Shown here: piece by piece, positions 8,052-17,953 of the stretch
Numbering within the stretch: position 1 is the stretch's first letter
Layout of the letters: each line of letters begins with the position of its first letter
Origin: Chitinophagales bacterium
GTDB taxonomy: Bacteria > Bacteroidota > Bacteroidia > Chitinophagales > BACL12
Direction: 5' to 3'
DNA: 39,138 nucleotides
NCBI GenBank assembly: GCA_044448625.1
Contig: JBIOHA010000001.1
Span: 1-39,138 of the forward strand
The notes under the pieces: generated by a model
The model's input: the letters and a program-made list of their open reading frames with translations, nothing else
Database searches by the model: none
What the model was told of the DNA's origin: nothing
Position numbers and translations under genes: made by a program

Positions 8052-11000
8052 ATGAAGATCTATACTTTACAATCTCTTAAAAAGCTGGCTTTTACTGCAT
8101 TCATGATGGGTAGTGTTCTTGTATATGGACAAGGCACACAAATCCAATTCGGCCAGAACAGGGTTCAATACAAGGAGTTTACATGGCAATTTTATGAGGG
8201 TGAGCATTTCCTGGTTTATTTTAATCAGGGCGGGCTTAACCTTGGAAAATTCGTTGCCCAGATAGCGGAAGCCGACCTTGTTCAGATAGAAGACCTGCTC
8301 GACTATAAGCTGAATGCAAAGCCTGAGCTCATCGTTTACAACAATATCTCCGATTATAATCAGTCGAATTTTGCGATCGGGAAAGAAGAGCAATACAATA
8401 TTGGCGGACAGACCAAAATTATAGGTAATAAAGTTTTCATTTATTTCGACGGTAATCATCAGCATCTCAGGAAACAGGTGCGAGAAGGCATCGGCAAGGT
8501 GCTTATCAATGCAATGATATTCGGTGGGAACTTGCAGGAAATTGTTCAAAATGCTGTGCTGCTGAATTTACCTGAATGGTTCACAGAAGGATTGATCTCT
8601 TACATCGGCGAAGAGTGGAACACTGAACTCGACAACCAGTTGCGTGAAGGTGTTTTAACCGGGCGATATAAAAAATTTAATAAGCTCACTGGTGAGGACG
8701 CACGTTTTGCGGGCCATGCACTCTGGTATTATATCGCAGAAAATTACGGGGAAGCTACGATCCCGAATTTATTATATCTCATTAGGATCAATCGCTCACT
8801 CGAAAATGGTTTTTTATTTGTTTTGGGTGAAGGTGTTAACGCCACCATCGACGACTGGTATCATTATTTTCTGACTAAGTACGAAAAAGAATCAAAGGAT
8901 AAAACAATTTTAACCGATGAAAATTTAATCCCAAGAAAAACAAAAAAGAATGTGCAATATCATAACCTGGTGATAAGCCCTGATGGAAAAAATATTGCCT
9001 ACGCAGTTGATGATCATGGAAAATTCAAGGTTTATATCCAGGAAATAGGTTCAAAGGATTTTGATAAAGTAAAACGCGGAGGACTTAAAACACATACGCT
9101 CGCCACCGATCTCAGCAATCCGCTTTTAAGCTGGAGCCCTGATGGAAAAAAATTAGCCATTGTTTATGAAAAGCGGTATAAAAATTTTGTAACTACTTAC
9201 GAAGTTGAAAAAAAGGATAAGGAAACAAAAGAATTAACCCGTTTTCAGAAAATACTGGATATGTCGTTTGCAAATACCAGCAACCGGCTTGTGATGAGTG
9301 TGATGAATAATGGCCAGAGTGATATTTATATGTATTATCTCGTCAACGATCGCGTTGAACAGTTAACGAATGATTATTTCGATGATCTCCATCCTGCATA
9401 TGTGGTGTTGAACAATGGATATGAAGGGATCATTTTCGCATCGAACCGTGAAACCGATTCTCTATACACCACAAGAACCATCGATTCAATTTTACCCGTT
9501 GGCAACATGGATCTTTATTTTTTTGATTACCTCCATAAATCAAAACATATTGTAAAAGTTACCCATTCAAAAAAGATCAGCGAAAAAGATCCTGTTCAAT
9601 TTGACGGAAAACATTTTGCTTATCTAAGCGATCAGAATGGAATCGTTAACCGCTTTGCCGGCTACCTCGATAGTCTTTATGATCATACAGATACTTTAGT
9701 TTATTATCCGGATTCAATTACAACCAACCCGGTTTATGATTATGAAGATTTTACAACATTTATCAAATACGATTCGGTAAAGCTCGCAGATATTTATCGC
9801 GATACAGCTTATGTTTTCCCTGTTACCAATTTTGCCAGCAATATTGTAGAACATGACATTTTATGGAAAACAGGAAAAGTGGTGGATGTTTTTCAACGCG
9901 GAAAAGATAATATTTTTTATCTCACCAATGCTCCTGATGATCTTAGCCTGATAAAAAACAATACACTCAACAATACTACTTTCCGGAATTTCATTAATTT
10001 AAAAAAGAAGGATGATGATGTAATTACAAAGATCAGCATCAAAGACACCACCACGTTAATTACCACAGAAACAACTATCACCAGTACAGACACCACCAAA
10101 AAAGAAATTGACGAAGGCTTGTATTTCCAGTCAGATTTCCCTGAACCGGAAATCACTGCCGATAATATGGATCCTGTTACCCTTGCACAATCCGATAATC
10201 CGGAACAACAAAATATCAATACAGGGAAAAAATTCCGTTCATCAAGAATTATCCCTTACAGGATCAAATTCTCCAGTGAATATGTTACGAGCCAGCTCGA
10301 CAATAGTTTGTTCATTAATAAATACGAAAGTTTTAATGCGACCGGCGGAGTTTATTCCACTCCAAACCTCAGCGCATTATTTACAGTAAGCATCAGCGAT
10401 CTTTTTGAAGATTACAGGTTTACCGGTGGCATCCGTTTTCCAACATCATTTTCAGGTGGTGAATATTATTTATCATATGATGACTTGAAACACAGGCTCG
10501 ACAAAAAACTAATCTGGTATTATCAAACCCAAAATGCGCAATATACATTTCAGCCATTGTGGTACCCGCTTGTTGATGCCGGAATAAAAACCAATATTGT
10601 TGAGGGTACTTTAAAATGGCCGTTTGATGTTATCAGGTCGGTGCGGGGAAGTTTAGCCTACCGTTCAGAAAAAATTATTTTTCTTGCGAACGATACCTTC
10701 AGTTTGAATTTGCCAAATTATAAAGAGGACTGGCTTACATTGAAACTGGAATATGTTCACGACAATACCTATCCTGTTATGACAAATATTTTAAATGGAT
10801 TGCGTTATAAGGTTTGGTTTGAGGTGCACAAGCAATTTGAAGTTAATGCCGACCAGGGATTAAAGGTGAGTTTTAACGATGGATATTTAGGTGTGGTTGG
10901 ATTTGATTTTCGTCATTACCAGAAAATACATCGCCAGTTAACCTGGGCAAACAGGATTGCAGGCGGAACATCTTTTGGCCCTCAAAAATTAATTTATTAT

Positions 11001-11489
11001 TTGGGAGGAGTAGATAGCTGGATCGCACCAATATTTAATCAGAATATTGAAATAGATCAGAATGCGGGATATGCATTTCAAACGCTGGCTACGAATTTAC
11101 GTGGATACGAACAGAATATTCGCAACGGAAATAGTTATGCGGTATTTAATTCTGAATTGCGTTTTCCCATATTCTCTTACATATTTAACAAACCGATCAA
11201 AACTGAATTTTTAAGAAACCTGCAGATCATTGGATTTTATGATATTGGTTCTGCATGGGAAGGCCTCTCTCCATTTGAAGAAGATAATCCCTATAATAAT
11301 ACCGTGATCTCGCAACCACCAATAACTGTTGATGTAAATTATTTCCGCAACCCAGTGGTAATGGGAACAGGCTTAGGATTAAGAACTACTTTATTCGGTT
11401 ATTTTGTGCGTGTCGACAGGGCACAGGCCATTGAGCAAACCGGGCTTGCTGATCCGATGTGGTATTTTTCTTTGAGCCTGGATTTCTGA
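8052..11489 (+). CDS. Large outer-membrane-associated protein: PD40/TolB-like beta-propeller repeats plus C-terminal beta-barrel
   Basis: Signal peptide begins at MKIYTLQSLKK...VYGQ. PD40-type repeats are 'ISPDGKNIAYAV' and 'WSPDGKKLAIVY'. A Thr-rich linker lies near nt 10020-10110. The C-terminal ~400 aa have an alternating beta-strand pattern and end in '...YFSLSLDF' (terminal Phe, typical of OM barrels). Confidence 0.6.
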   Translation: MKIYTLQSLKKLAFTAFMMGSVLVYGQGTQIQFGQNRVQYKEFTWQFYEGEHFLVYFNQGGLNLGKFVAQIAEADLVQIEDLLDYKLNAKPELIVYNNISDYNQSNFAIGKEEQYNIGGQTKIIGNKVFIYFDGNHQHLRKQVREGIGKVLINAMIFGGNLQEIVQNAVLLNLPEWFTEGLISYIGEEWNTELDNQLREGVLTGRYKKFNKLTGEDARFAGHALWYYIAENYGEATIPNLLYLIRINRSLENGFLFVLGEGVNATIDDWYHYFLTKYEKESKDKTILTDENLIPRKTKKNVQYHNLVISPDGKNIAYAVDDHGKFKVYIQEIGSKDFDKVKRGGLKTHTLATDLSNPLLSWSPDGKKLAIVYEKRYKNFVTTYEVEKKDKETKELTRFQKILDMSFANTSNRLVMSVMNNGQSDIYMYYLVNDRVEQLTNDYFDDLHPAYVVLNNGYEGIIFASNRETDSLYTTRTIDSILPVGNMDLYFFDYLHKSKHIVKVTHSKKISEKDPVQFDGKHFAYLSDQNGIVNRFAGYLDSLYDHTDTLVYYPDSITTNPVYDYEDFTTFIKYDSVKLADIYRDTAYVFPVTNFASNIVEHDILWKTGKVVDVFQRGKDNIFYLTNAPDDLSLIKNNTLNNTTFRNFINLKKKDDDVITKISIKDTTTLITTETTITSTDTTKKEIDEGLYFQSDFPEPEITADNMDPVTLAQSDNPEQQNINTGKKFRSSRIIPYRIKFSSEYVTSQLDNSLFINKYESFNATGGVYSTPNLSALFTVSISDLFEDYRFTGGIRFPTSFSGGEYYLSYDDLKHRLDKKLIWYYQTQNAQYTFQPLWYPLVDAGIKTNIVEGTLKWPFDVIRSVRGSLAYRSEKIIFLANDTFSLNLPNYKEDWLTLKLEYVHDNTYPVMTNILNGLRYKVWFEVHKQFEVNADQGLKVSFNDGYLGVVGFDFRHYQKIHRQLTWANRIAGGTSFGPQKLIYYLGGVDSWIAPIFNQNIEIDQNAGYAFQTLATNLRGYEQNIRNGNSYAVFNSELRFPIFSYIFNKPIKTEFLRNLQIIGFYDIGSAWEGLSPFEEDNPYNNTVISQPPITVDVNYFRNPVVMGTGLGLRTTLFGYFVRVDRAQAIEQTGLADPMWYFSLSLDF

Positions 11490-11574
11490 TCAGGATCGAT
11501 CGCAAATCAATTAATTCAATAATTTTTTATCTCGCAAATTTAGTGATCGCCATGATCTTGCCTTTTCAATTTGC

Positions 11575-11582
11575 TAATTTTG
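11575..11582 (+). promoter_or_regulatory. Candidate -7 promoter box (TAATTTTG)
   Basis: Perfect TAnnTTTG only 5 nt before the GTG start of the EamA gene. This would imply a very short or absent leader. Confidence 0.3.
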
Positions 11583-11586
11583 CTTC

Positions 11587-12489
11587 GTGAAATCGTCGCC
11601 TAAGGCTCACCTGTTTATTTTATTGGCAAACATCATTTATGGAATAAATTACTCGATCGGAAAAATTGTATTAGAGTCTATTCCTGCATTTGGAATTGTT
11701 CTCATTCGTGTTACCATTTCGATGCTGATATTCTGGTTTATCCACCAGGTATTTATAAAAGAAAGGATTGAAAAAACGGACCGTGGAAAATTATTGCTTG
11801 CTTCATTGTTTGGCGTAGCGGTAAATCAACTATTATTTTTTAAAGGATTAAGCCTGACATCAGAGATCCATTCGGCGTTGATCATGATCACCACGCCGAT
11901 TATAGTGCTACTTATGGCCTGGATAATTTTAAAAGACAGGATCACAATTTTAAAGACAATAGGGATCATTGTAGGTGGAAGTGGAGTTGCGCTTTTAATT
12001 TCTTCAGGTGCAAAAGATATTGCTTCACCATCAAATAGTTTGGGTGATATTTTTATAATGATCAATGCTTCTTCCTATGCAGTTTTCCTCGTGATCACAA
12101 AACCATTGATGCAAAAATATGCTCCACTCACAATTGCAAAATGGATTTTTATTTATGGATTCTTTCTTGTGCTTCCATTTGGTATTAACGATTGCATGTC
12201 AATAGACCTTTCAGCACTGGAAACACCAACAATTTTGGCTTTGATATATGTGGTGCTTGGTGCAACGGTGCTCGCATATTTATTTAATATGCTGGGATTG
12301 AATTATGGCAATCCGGCTCTGGTGAGCATTTATATTTATACCCAGCCGGTTATTGCGACAATTATTGCAGTCTTATCAGGTTCAGATTATATTTCCGCTG
12401 AGAAAATTATTTCTTCCATCCTCGTTTTTAGTGGTGTTGCACTCGTAAGCTTTACCGGAAATGTCAAACCTTTGAAACCAACGCTATAA
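11587..12489 (+). CDS. EamA/DMT family transporter
   Basis: 300-aa ORF with about 10 predicted TM helices in two EamA-like halves. GTG start; no in-frame ATG nearby. Confidence 0.8.
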   Translation: MKSSPKAHLFILLANIIYGINYSIGKIVLESIPAFGIVLIRVTISMLIFWFIHQVFIKERIEKTDRGKLLLASLFGVAVNQLLFFKGLSLTSEIHSALIMITTPIIVLLMAWIILKDRITILKTIGIIVGGSGVALLISSGAKDIASPSNSLGDIFIMINASSYAVFLVITKPLMQKYAPLTIAKWIFIYGFFLVLPFGINDCMSIDLSALETPTILALIYVVLGATVLAYLFNMLGLNYGNPALVSIYIYTQPVIATIIAVLSGSDYISAEKIISSILVFSGVALVSFTGNVKPLKPTL

Positions 12490-12492
12490 TCG

Positions 12493-12500
12493 TATTTTTG
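12493..12500 (+). promoter_or_regulatory. Candidate -7 promoter box (TATTTTTG) for yicC-gmk
   Basis: Perfect TAnnTTTG 16 nt upstream of the ATG at 12516. Confidence 0.3.
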
Positions 12501-12515
12501 CATGAAAATTTATCT

Positions 12516-13388
12516 ATGGTACTTTCAATGACGGGTTACGGAAGGAAAACATTTTCGCTTAACGGAAAAAATATTGTATTGGAATTAAAGACCCTCAACA
12601 GTAAAACCTTTGATCTCAACTTAAGGCTTGCACCGCTGTTTAAGGAATTTGAAATTGAGATCCGGAATCTATTGAACAAAACAATTATAAGGGGAAAAAC
12701 AGATTGCACCCTGGGCTTCGAATTAATGGATGATAAGAACGGCGAAATAAATGCCTCAGCGATAAAGGAATATTATGCGCAACTTAAAACCATAGCCGCC
12801 GAATTAAAAGTAGAGGATGCAAATTTATTGGATATCATTTTCAGGCTGCCTAATGTAACAGCCACTTCTACAGATTCTATTTCGGAGGAACAATGGGATG
12901 AATTGCAAAAGCATATTGATGAAGTTTGCCGCCAATTAGTTAATTTCAGAGTAACGGAAGGATCAACACTGGAAGAAGATCTTAATTTACACGTTGAGCA
13001 AATTTTGAATGCACTAAATGATGTTGAGGCACTAGATCCTTCCAGGATGGAACAGCAACGACATAAATTACTTTCCGATCTCAAAACCTATATCAGCGAA
13101 GGCGAAATAGATAAGAATCGCTTCGAGCAGGAAGTAATTTTTTATCTTGAAAAAATGGATATCACTGAAGAAGTGATCAGGTTGCGTTCACATTGCACTT
13201 ATTTTAAACAGACAATTGAAGAACAACTCACCGAAAAAGGAAAAAAGCTCGGATTTATTTGCCAGGAAATGAACCGTGAAATAAATACGATCGGATCAAA
13301 AGCTTATCATGCAGAAATGCAACGCAAAGTGGTGATCATGAAAGATGAGCTTGAAAAAATAAAAGAACAATTAAATAATGTTTTGTGA
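12516..13388 (+). CDS. yicC: YicC-family stress-induced protein
   Basis: 'MVLSMTGYGR' is the typical YicC N-terminus, and the C-terminal 'EMNREINTIGSKA' motif is present. Start is placed at the ATG at 12516; the ORF track starts at a TTG at 12498. Confidence 0.85.
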   Translation: MVLSMTGYGRKTFSLNGKNIVLELKTLNSKTFDLNLRLAPLFKEFEIEIRNLLNKTIIRGKTDCTLGFELMDDKNGEINASAIKEYYAQLKTIAAELKVEDANLLDIIFRLPNVTATSTDSISEEQWDELQKHIDEVCRQLVNFRVTEGSTLEEDLNLHVEQILNALNDVEALDPSRMEQQRHKLLSDLKTYISEGEIDKNRFEQEVIFYLEKMDITEEVIRLRSHCTYFKQTIEEQLTEKGKKLGFICQEMNREINTIGSKAYHAEMQRKVVIMKDELEKIKEQLNNVL

Positions 13389-13954
13389 AGGGCGGTAAAT
13401 TAATAATCATAACTGCACCCTCGGGCGGAGGAAAAACCACCATCGTAAAACATTTGCTGCAAAATACTCCCGGACTTGCGTTCTCGGTTTCTGCAACAAC
13501 AAGGCCTAAACGCGAAAATGAAACTGATGGAAAAGACTATTATTTTTTAACACTTGAAGAATTCAGAAAAAAGATCGACACTGAGGAATTTGTTGAATGG
13601 GAAGAAGTTTATCCGGGAAAATATTATGGTACATTAAAGAGTGAATTAAACAGGTTATGGGCAGCCGGTAAAAATATCATTTTCGATGTGGATGTTAAAG
13701 GCGCTTTGAATTTAAAGAATCAATTCCCTAAAAGAACAATTTCCATCTTTATAAAACCGCCCTCAATAGAGGTGTTAATTGAGCGATTGACTAAAAGAGC
13801 GACAGAATCTCCGGAAACATTAACTGCGAGAATTGAACGAATAAATTATGAACTCACCTTTGAAGATCAGTTTGATCATGTTATTATAAACGATAAATTA
13901 GACAGTTCTTTATCAATGGCTTACACGCTGGTTCATAACTTTTGCGTAGATTAA
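13385..13954 (+). CDS. gmk: Guanylate kinase
   Basis: P-loop 'APSGGGKTT' and 'SATTRPKRENETDGKDYYF'. The GTG start overlaps the yicC stop by 4 nt (GTGA). yicC-gmk adjacency is widely conserved. Confidence 0.92.
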   Translation: MKGGKLIIITAPSGGGKTTIVKHLLQNTPGLAFSVSATTRPKRENETDGKDYYFLTLEEFRKKIDTEEFVEWEEVYPGKYYGTLKSELNRLWAAGKNIIFDVDVKGALNLKNQFPKRTISIFIKPPSIEVLIERLTKRATESPETLTARIERINYELTFEDQFDHVIINDKLDSSLSMAYTLVHNFCVD

Positions 13955-14006
13955 ATTTTAAAACGCGAATAAATTCGCTAGATTTACACACCCGAACTAA
14001 AACTAT

Positions 14007-14387
14007 ATGGTAACTTCTATAACCCATGGTGTGAAAGTTAGCGTCGAAACATTCTTTCAGGCGGACCATTCCAACAATGGTGATTTTATTTTTGCCTACC
14101 GTATTACCATTGAAAATAAAAGTGAAACCACATTTCAATTGCTGCGCCGGCACTGGCATATTTATGATGCAATAGGAGTATGGAGAGAAGTGGAGGGCGA
14201 AGGGGTTGTTGGTGAAACGCCGATAATTGAACCCGGGCAGTCGCATCAATATATTTCAGGTTGTCATTTGATCGCCCCTATGGGAAAAATGAAAGGAACC
14301 TATCGCATGGAGCGCAAACCGGGCCGCGAACTTTTTGATGTTACAATTCCTGAATTTGAAATGGTAGCTCCTTTTTTATTAAACTGA
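14007..14387 (+). CDS. apaG: ApaG (DUF525) protein
   Basis: 126 aa. 'FAYRITIENKSETTFQLLRRHWHIYDA...VEGEGVVGETPIIEPGQSHQY' matches the ApaG fold signature. Confidence 0.85.
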   Translation: MVTSITHGVKVSVETFFQADHSNNGDFIFAYRITIENKSETTFQLLRRHWHIYDAIGVWREVEGEGVVGETPIIEPGQSHQYISGCHLIAPMGKMKGTYRMERKPGRELFDVTIPEFEMVAPFLLN

Positions 14388-14467
14388 GAGCGTATCTTCC
14401 TTCAATAACCGAATTAAGAATTCTAATCCTGCCGTATTATCTTCTTAATTAAATTCCTATTCCCAAA

Positions 14468-15526
14468 TTAATTTACAGGACGATAGCCAGAATTTTTTAA
14501 TATTTCAAGAGCATCTTCTTCATTGAATAATTGCATCAGCGTTTTATTTTCATTTTCACGCATATATGCACGAACAATTTGCCAACCCGTCCAAACCGCA
14601 GCTCTACCTGGCGACTCGTCGGGCATCCCTACCGATGTTGGTGCTTCTCCCGAATATCTTCTTATATCATCTATTCTTTTTGAAAATAATAATTCCTGGC
14701 CAGCCAGAAATTTCCAGATCTCTTCTTCATTTTGTTCACACCATTCGATTTGTTTATTCGTAAATCCAATTTTTAAAGAATCATCAGCATCGGGTAACAT
14801 ACAATCCAAATAATATAATACCTTTCCCTGTTTAATAATTTCATCAAGCAAAGCCGCCTCTGCCTCTTTTGAATAAATATATCCATCTACCATACTTTGC
14901 ATAAGGTTTACAACGATATAAGGTTTATCAAATCTTGTCACCACATATTTCGGCATATTGTTTTCGAAACTTCCGTAATAACCAAAATGCTCACCCATAT
15001 ACATATCCAGTTCAATACCTGCGGTACTATCATCGATCAATACCTGGTAAACAAACGGACCGATATAACTGTATAACTGGGGCAACAAACTATCGGGAAA
15101 ATAATATTTATAATAGCTGAATGCTTCGTGAATTTCTTTCTCCACGTCATCCATATGTTTGTAAACCAGCAAAACACTATCAAACAACCTGTTCATCCAT
15201 TCATTTCCTGCAGTGTTTGCAAATAAAGAATCATAAACCTGTGATGGATGCATTGTGTCGCCCTGGCCAAGTCCCCAGAAATTGGTATAATAGGATTTAA
15301 ATATCTGCGGATATTGCTTCTCAATGTCGCCATATACTTGCACATAGTTTTCTTTTGTAGCTGCTGCCATTAATTCTTCAAGGCGCACGATCGTTACATC
15401 ATCAACGTTTATATCAGAAATATCCGGCTTGGGGTTTTGGGTGTCATTTTTGCACGAACCGAGGTGAATAACTGTTAAAAATAAAAAGCAGAATTTAATA
15501 AAAAATGAGCTATGTTTGTAAAGCAT
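14468..15526 (-). CDS. gldB: Gliding motility lipoprotein GldB-like (DUF2268-related)
   Basis: 352 aa with a lipoprotein signal 'HLGSC'. 'AFSYYKYYFPDSLLPQLYSYIGPF' and the C-terminal 'WTGWQIVRAYMREN...LF...DALEILKNSGYRP' resemble GldB. Assignment is from motif memory. Confidence 0.6.
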   Translation of the reverse strand: MLYKHSSFFIKFCFLFLTVIHLGSCKNDTQNPKPDISDINVDDVTIVRLEELMAAATKENYVQVYGDIEKQYPQIFKSYYTNFWGLGQGDTMHPSQVYDSLFANTAGNEWMNRLFDSVLLVYKHMDDVEKEIHEAFSYYKYYFPDSLLPQLYSYIGPFVYQVLIDDSTAGIELDMYMGEHFGYYGSFENNMPKYVVTRFDKPYIVVNLMQSMVDGYIYSKEAEAALLDEIIKQGKVLYYLDCMLPDADDSLKIGFTNKQIEWCEQNEEEIWKFLAGQELLFSKRIDDIRRYSGEAPTSVGMPDESPGRAAVWTGWQIVRAYMRENENKTLMQLFNEEDALEILKNSGYRPVN

Positions 15527-15567
15527 GGTTATAAAATGACTCTAATAATCTGTAAAACTAAAAATGT

Positions 15568-16236
15568 ATGAAGAAAATTATATCATCTGCCTTAATTATT
15601 TGCGCATTCTTTACTTCTGCTATGGCACAGGAGTTTCGCTTCGGTCTTACAGCTTCACCGGTATTCGACTGGTTTAAAGTTGACGGCGATCAATTTGAAA
15701 ATGATGGAACAAAATTCGGATTTCAATACGGATTGTTGTTCGACCAAACAATTGGAAGTGTTGAAAGGTATGCATTTTCAACGGGCATCCTCATAAATTA
15801 TGTGAATGGTGGAATAACCGGTTCCGACACAGCTTTAGGATTAGAGTCCACCCTTGAACTCAGGGTTCAATATATTGAAGTGCCACTCACGATACGGCTG
15901 AGAACTAATGAAGTGAATTACATGACCTATTACGGCCAATTTGGTTTAAGTCCGGGTGTTTGTATTAAGGCAAGGGGTGATGTATCTAGCAATGGTACGC
16001 TGGTTGAAGAGGACATCAATTTTAGAGATAAGGATAATATTGCTGATGCACAATATCAATTGGTAAATGTAAGCCTTACACTTGGAGCAGGTTTAGAATA
16101 TTCATTGGCAGAAAATACTGCGGTTATGGCGGGTATATTTTTCCAAAATGGTTTTTCTAATGTACTCGATGATGATATTGATGATAATAACGTTTTTGTA
16201 AAACAATTCGGAATACGTTTGGGCGTATTATTCTGA
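15568..16236 (+). CDS. Small outer-membrane beta-barrel protein (PorT/OmpW-like class)
   Basis: 222 aa with signal peptide '...SAMAQ'. It has alternating amphipathic strands and ends in 'RLGVLF'. Confidence 0.65.
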   Translation: MKKIISSALIICAFFTSAMAQEFRFGLTASPVFDWFKVDGDQFENDGTKFGFQYGLLFDQTIGSVERYAFSTGILINYVNGGITGSDTALGLESTLELRVQYIEVPLTIRLRTNEVNYMTYYGQFGLSPGVCIKARGDVSSNGTLVEEDINFRDKDNIADAQYQLVNVSLTLGAGLEYSLAENTAVMAGIFFQNGFSNVLDDDIDDNNVFVKQFGIRLGVLF

Positions 16237-16264
16237 TCGCAGATAAAATATTTGATCTAACTTT

Positions 16265-16292
16265 GTCACGCCAATTGGCGTGACTTTTTTTT
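16265..16292 (+). terminator. Rho-independent terminator/leader hairpin abutting the nadE ATG
   Basis: gtcacgcc aatt ggcgtgac (perfect 8-bp stem) followed by T8 (16285-16292). The next base is the A of the nadE ATG. Confidence 0.65.
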
Positions 16293-17948
16293 ATGAAAAT
16301 CGGATTAGCGCAGATCAACGTTCATATCGGAAATTTTGAATCTAACTTTCAGAAGATAATTGTAAATATCGAACGTGCCATGGATCTTGGCGCTGATATA
16401 TTATTATTTCCCGAATTATGCGTTTGCGGATACCCTCCGCGTGACTTTCTCGACTTCGACGACTTTATCGATCAATGCTATGAAGTTATTGAGAAAATAA
16501 AACCATTCACACATGAAATTGCCGTAGTGGTTGGTGCTCCCAGTCGCAACCCGCATATTGAAGGTAAGGACCTGCATAACTCTGCTTTTTTTATTTACAA
16601 AGGAGATGTTCAATTTATTGTCAATAAAGCATTGCTTCCCAACTACGATATTTTTGATGAATACAGGTATTTTGAACCGGGCACCGATTTTCAAAATTAT
16701 ACTTTCAAAGGCAGGCGTATTGCGTTAACTGTTTGTGAAGATCTCTGGAATGTTGGCAACGACAATCCGATGTATAAGGCATGCCCCATGGATATTCTAA
16801 TTGCTGATGAAAATAAACCGGAAGTGATATTGAATATTTCGGCTTCTCCCTTTGATTATGATCATGCAAAAGAAAGGATAGAAACATTAAAAGCAAATAC
16901 AGATAAATATAAAATCCCTGTTTTCTATGTAAACCATTGCGGTGCTCAAACCGATCTCATCTTTGACGGTGGCAGTGTTGTTGTAAATGCGAATAGCGTG
17001 GTTTTTGATGAATTGATTTATTTTGAGGAGCAATTAAAAGTGTATGATCTAGATGAAGTAATTCATTCAGCAGGAACACTACAGAAAGATAATTTACAGC
17101 CAAAAATAAAGATCGAATTAATTTACCATGCACTTATTACGGGAATTAAAAACTATTTCCATAAACTCGGATTTCAAAAAGCTATACTCGGGTTAAGCGG
17201 TGGTATCGATTCCGCAGTAACAGCCGTTTTAGCTGCTGAGGCTTTGGGCCATGAAAATGTATGGGGACTATTAATGCCTTCGCAATATTCAACAGGACAT
17301 TCTGTTACAGATGCACTTGAACTTGCAAAAAATATCGGTATTAAAAATGATACAATTGCGATCAAACCAATTTATGATGCTATTCTCGAATCGCTTCAAC
17401 CGCTGTTTGAAAATAAACCATTCGATGTAACGGAAGAAAATATACAGGCGAGAATAAGGGGATTGAGCCTTATGGCCATGTGTAATAAACATGGTTATAT
17501 TTTATTGAATACTACAAATAAAAGTGAAGCCGCTGTAGGTTATGGAACATTGTATGGAGATCTCTGTGGAGGACTTGCAGTTTTGGCTGATGTTTATAAA
17601 ACAGAAATTTATGAGCTTGTGAAATATATAAACCGGGAAAAAGAGATCATCCCTCAACATATTATCACGAAACCGCCAAGTGCAGAATTACACCCGGGAC
17701 AAACAGACCAGGATACACTTCCACCTTATAATATTCTCGATAAAATTTTATATCAGTACATTGAATTACACCAAAGCCCTCAGGATATTCTTGCACTTGG
17801 TTTTGATGAAGCTACAGTTAAAAAAACATTGAAAATGGTGAATTCCAATGAATGGAAGCGATATCAATTTCCCCCGGTATTGAGAGTTTCACCAAAATCG
17901 TTTGGAGTAGGTAGAAGAATGCCGATAGAAGGAAAGTATTTGAGTTAG
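16293..17948 (+). CDS. nadE: Glutamine-dependent NAD+ synthetase
   Basis: 551 aa. The N-terminal CN-hydrolase domain has 'FPELCVCGYPP' and 'TVCEDLW'. The C-terminal NAD synthetase domain has the PP-loop 'GLSGGIDSAV'. Confidence 0.92.
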   Translation: MKIGLAQINVHIGNFESNFQKIIVNIERAMDLGADILLFPELCVCGYPPRDFLDFDDFIDQCYEVIEKIKPFTHEIAVVVGAPSRNPHIEGKDLHNSAFFIYKGDVQFIVNKALLPNYDIFDEYRYFEPGTDFQNYTFKGRRIALTVCEDLWNVGNDNPMYKACPMDILIADENKPEVILNISASPFDYDHAKERIETLKANTDKYKIPVFYVNHCGAQTDLIFDGGSVVVNANSVVFDELIYFEEQLKVYDLDEVIHSAGTLQKDNLQPKIKIELIYHALITGIKNYFHKLGFQKAILGLSGGIDSAVTAVLAAEALGHENVWGLLMPSQYSTGHSVTDALELAKNIGIKNDTIAIKPIYDAILESLQPLFENKPFDVTEENIQARIRGLSLMAMCNKHGYILLNTTNKSEAAVGYGTLYGDLCGGLAVLADVYKTEIYELVKYINREKEIIPQHIITKPPSAELHPGQTDQDTLPPYNILDKILYQYIELHQSPQDILALGFDEATVKKTLKMVNSNEWKRYQFPPVLRVSPKSFGVGRRMPIEGKYLS

Positions 17949-17953
17949 AAAAA

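Noticed and set aside
8067-8549. 160-aa minus-strand ORF overlapping the 5' part of the 1145-aa gene
   Set aside because: It is antisense to a gene with a clear signal peptide and domain motifs, has no motifs of its own, and is a shadow ORF.
10020-10110. Thr-rich nucleotide low-complexity stretch
   Set aside because: It is in frame within the 1145-aa ORF and encodes a T-rich linker. It is not an independent DNA repeat element.
13884-14249. 121-aa minus-strand ORF overlapping the gmk end and apaG
   Set aside because: It is antisense to two confidently recognised genes and has no motifs.
14388-14467. AT-rich palindromes (gaatt-aag-aattc; attaagaa...ttcttaat) between convergent apaG and gldB
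   Set aside because: The stems are short and AT-only and have no flanking T-runs, so they are too weak to report as a terminator.
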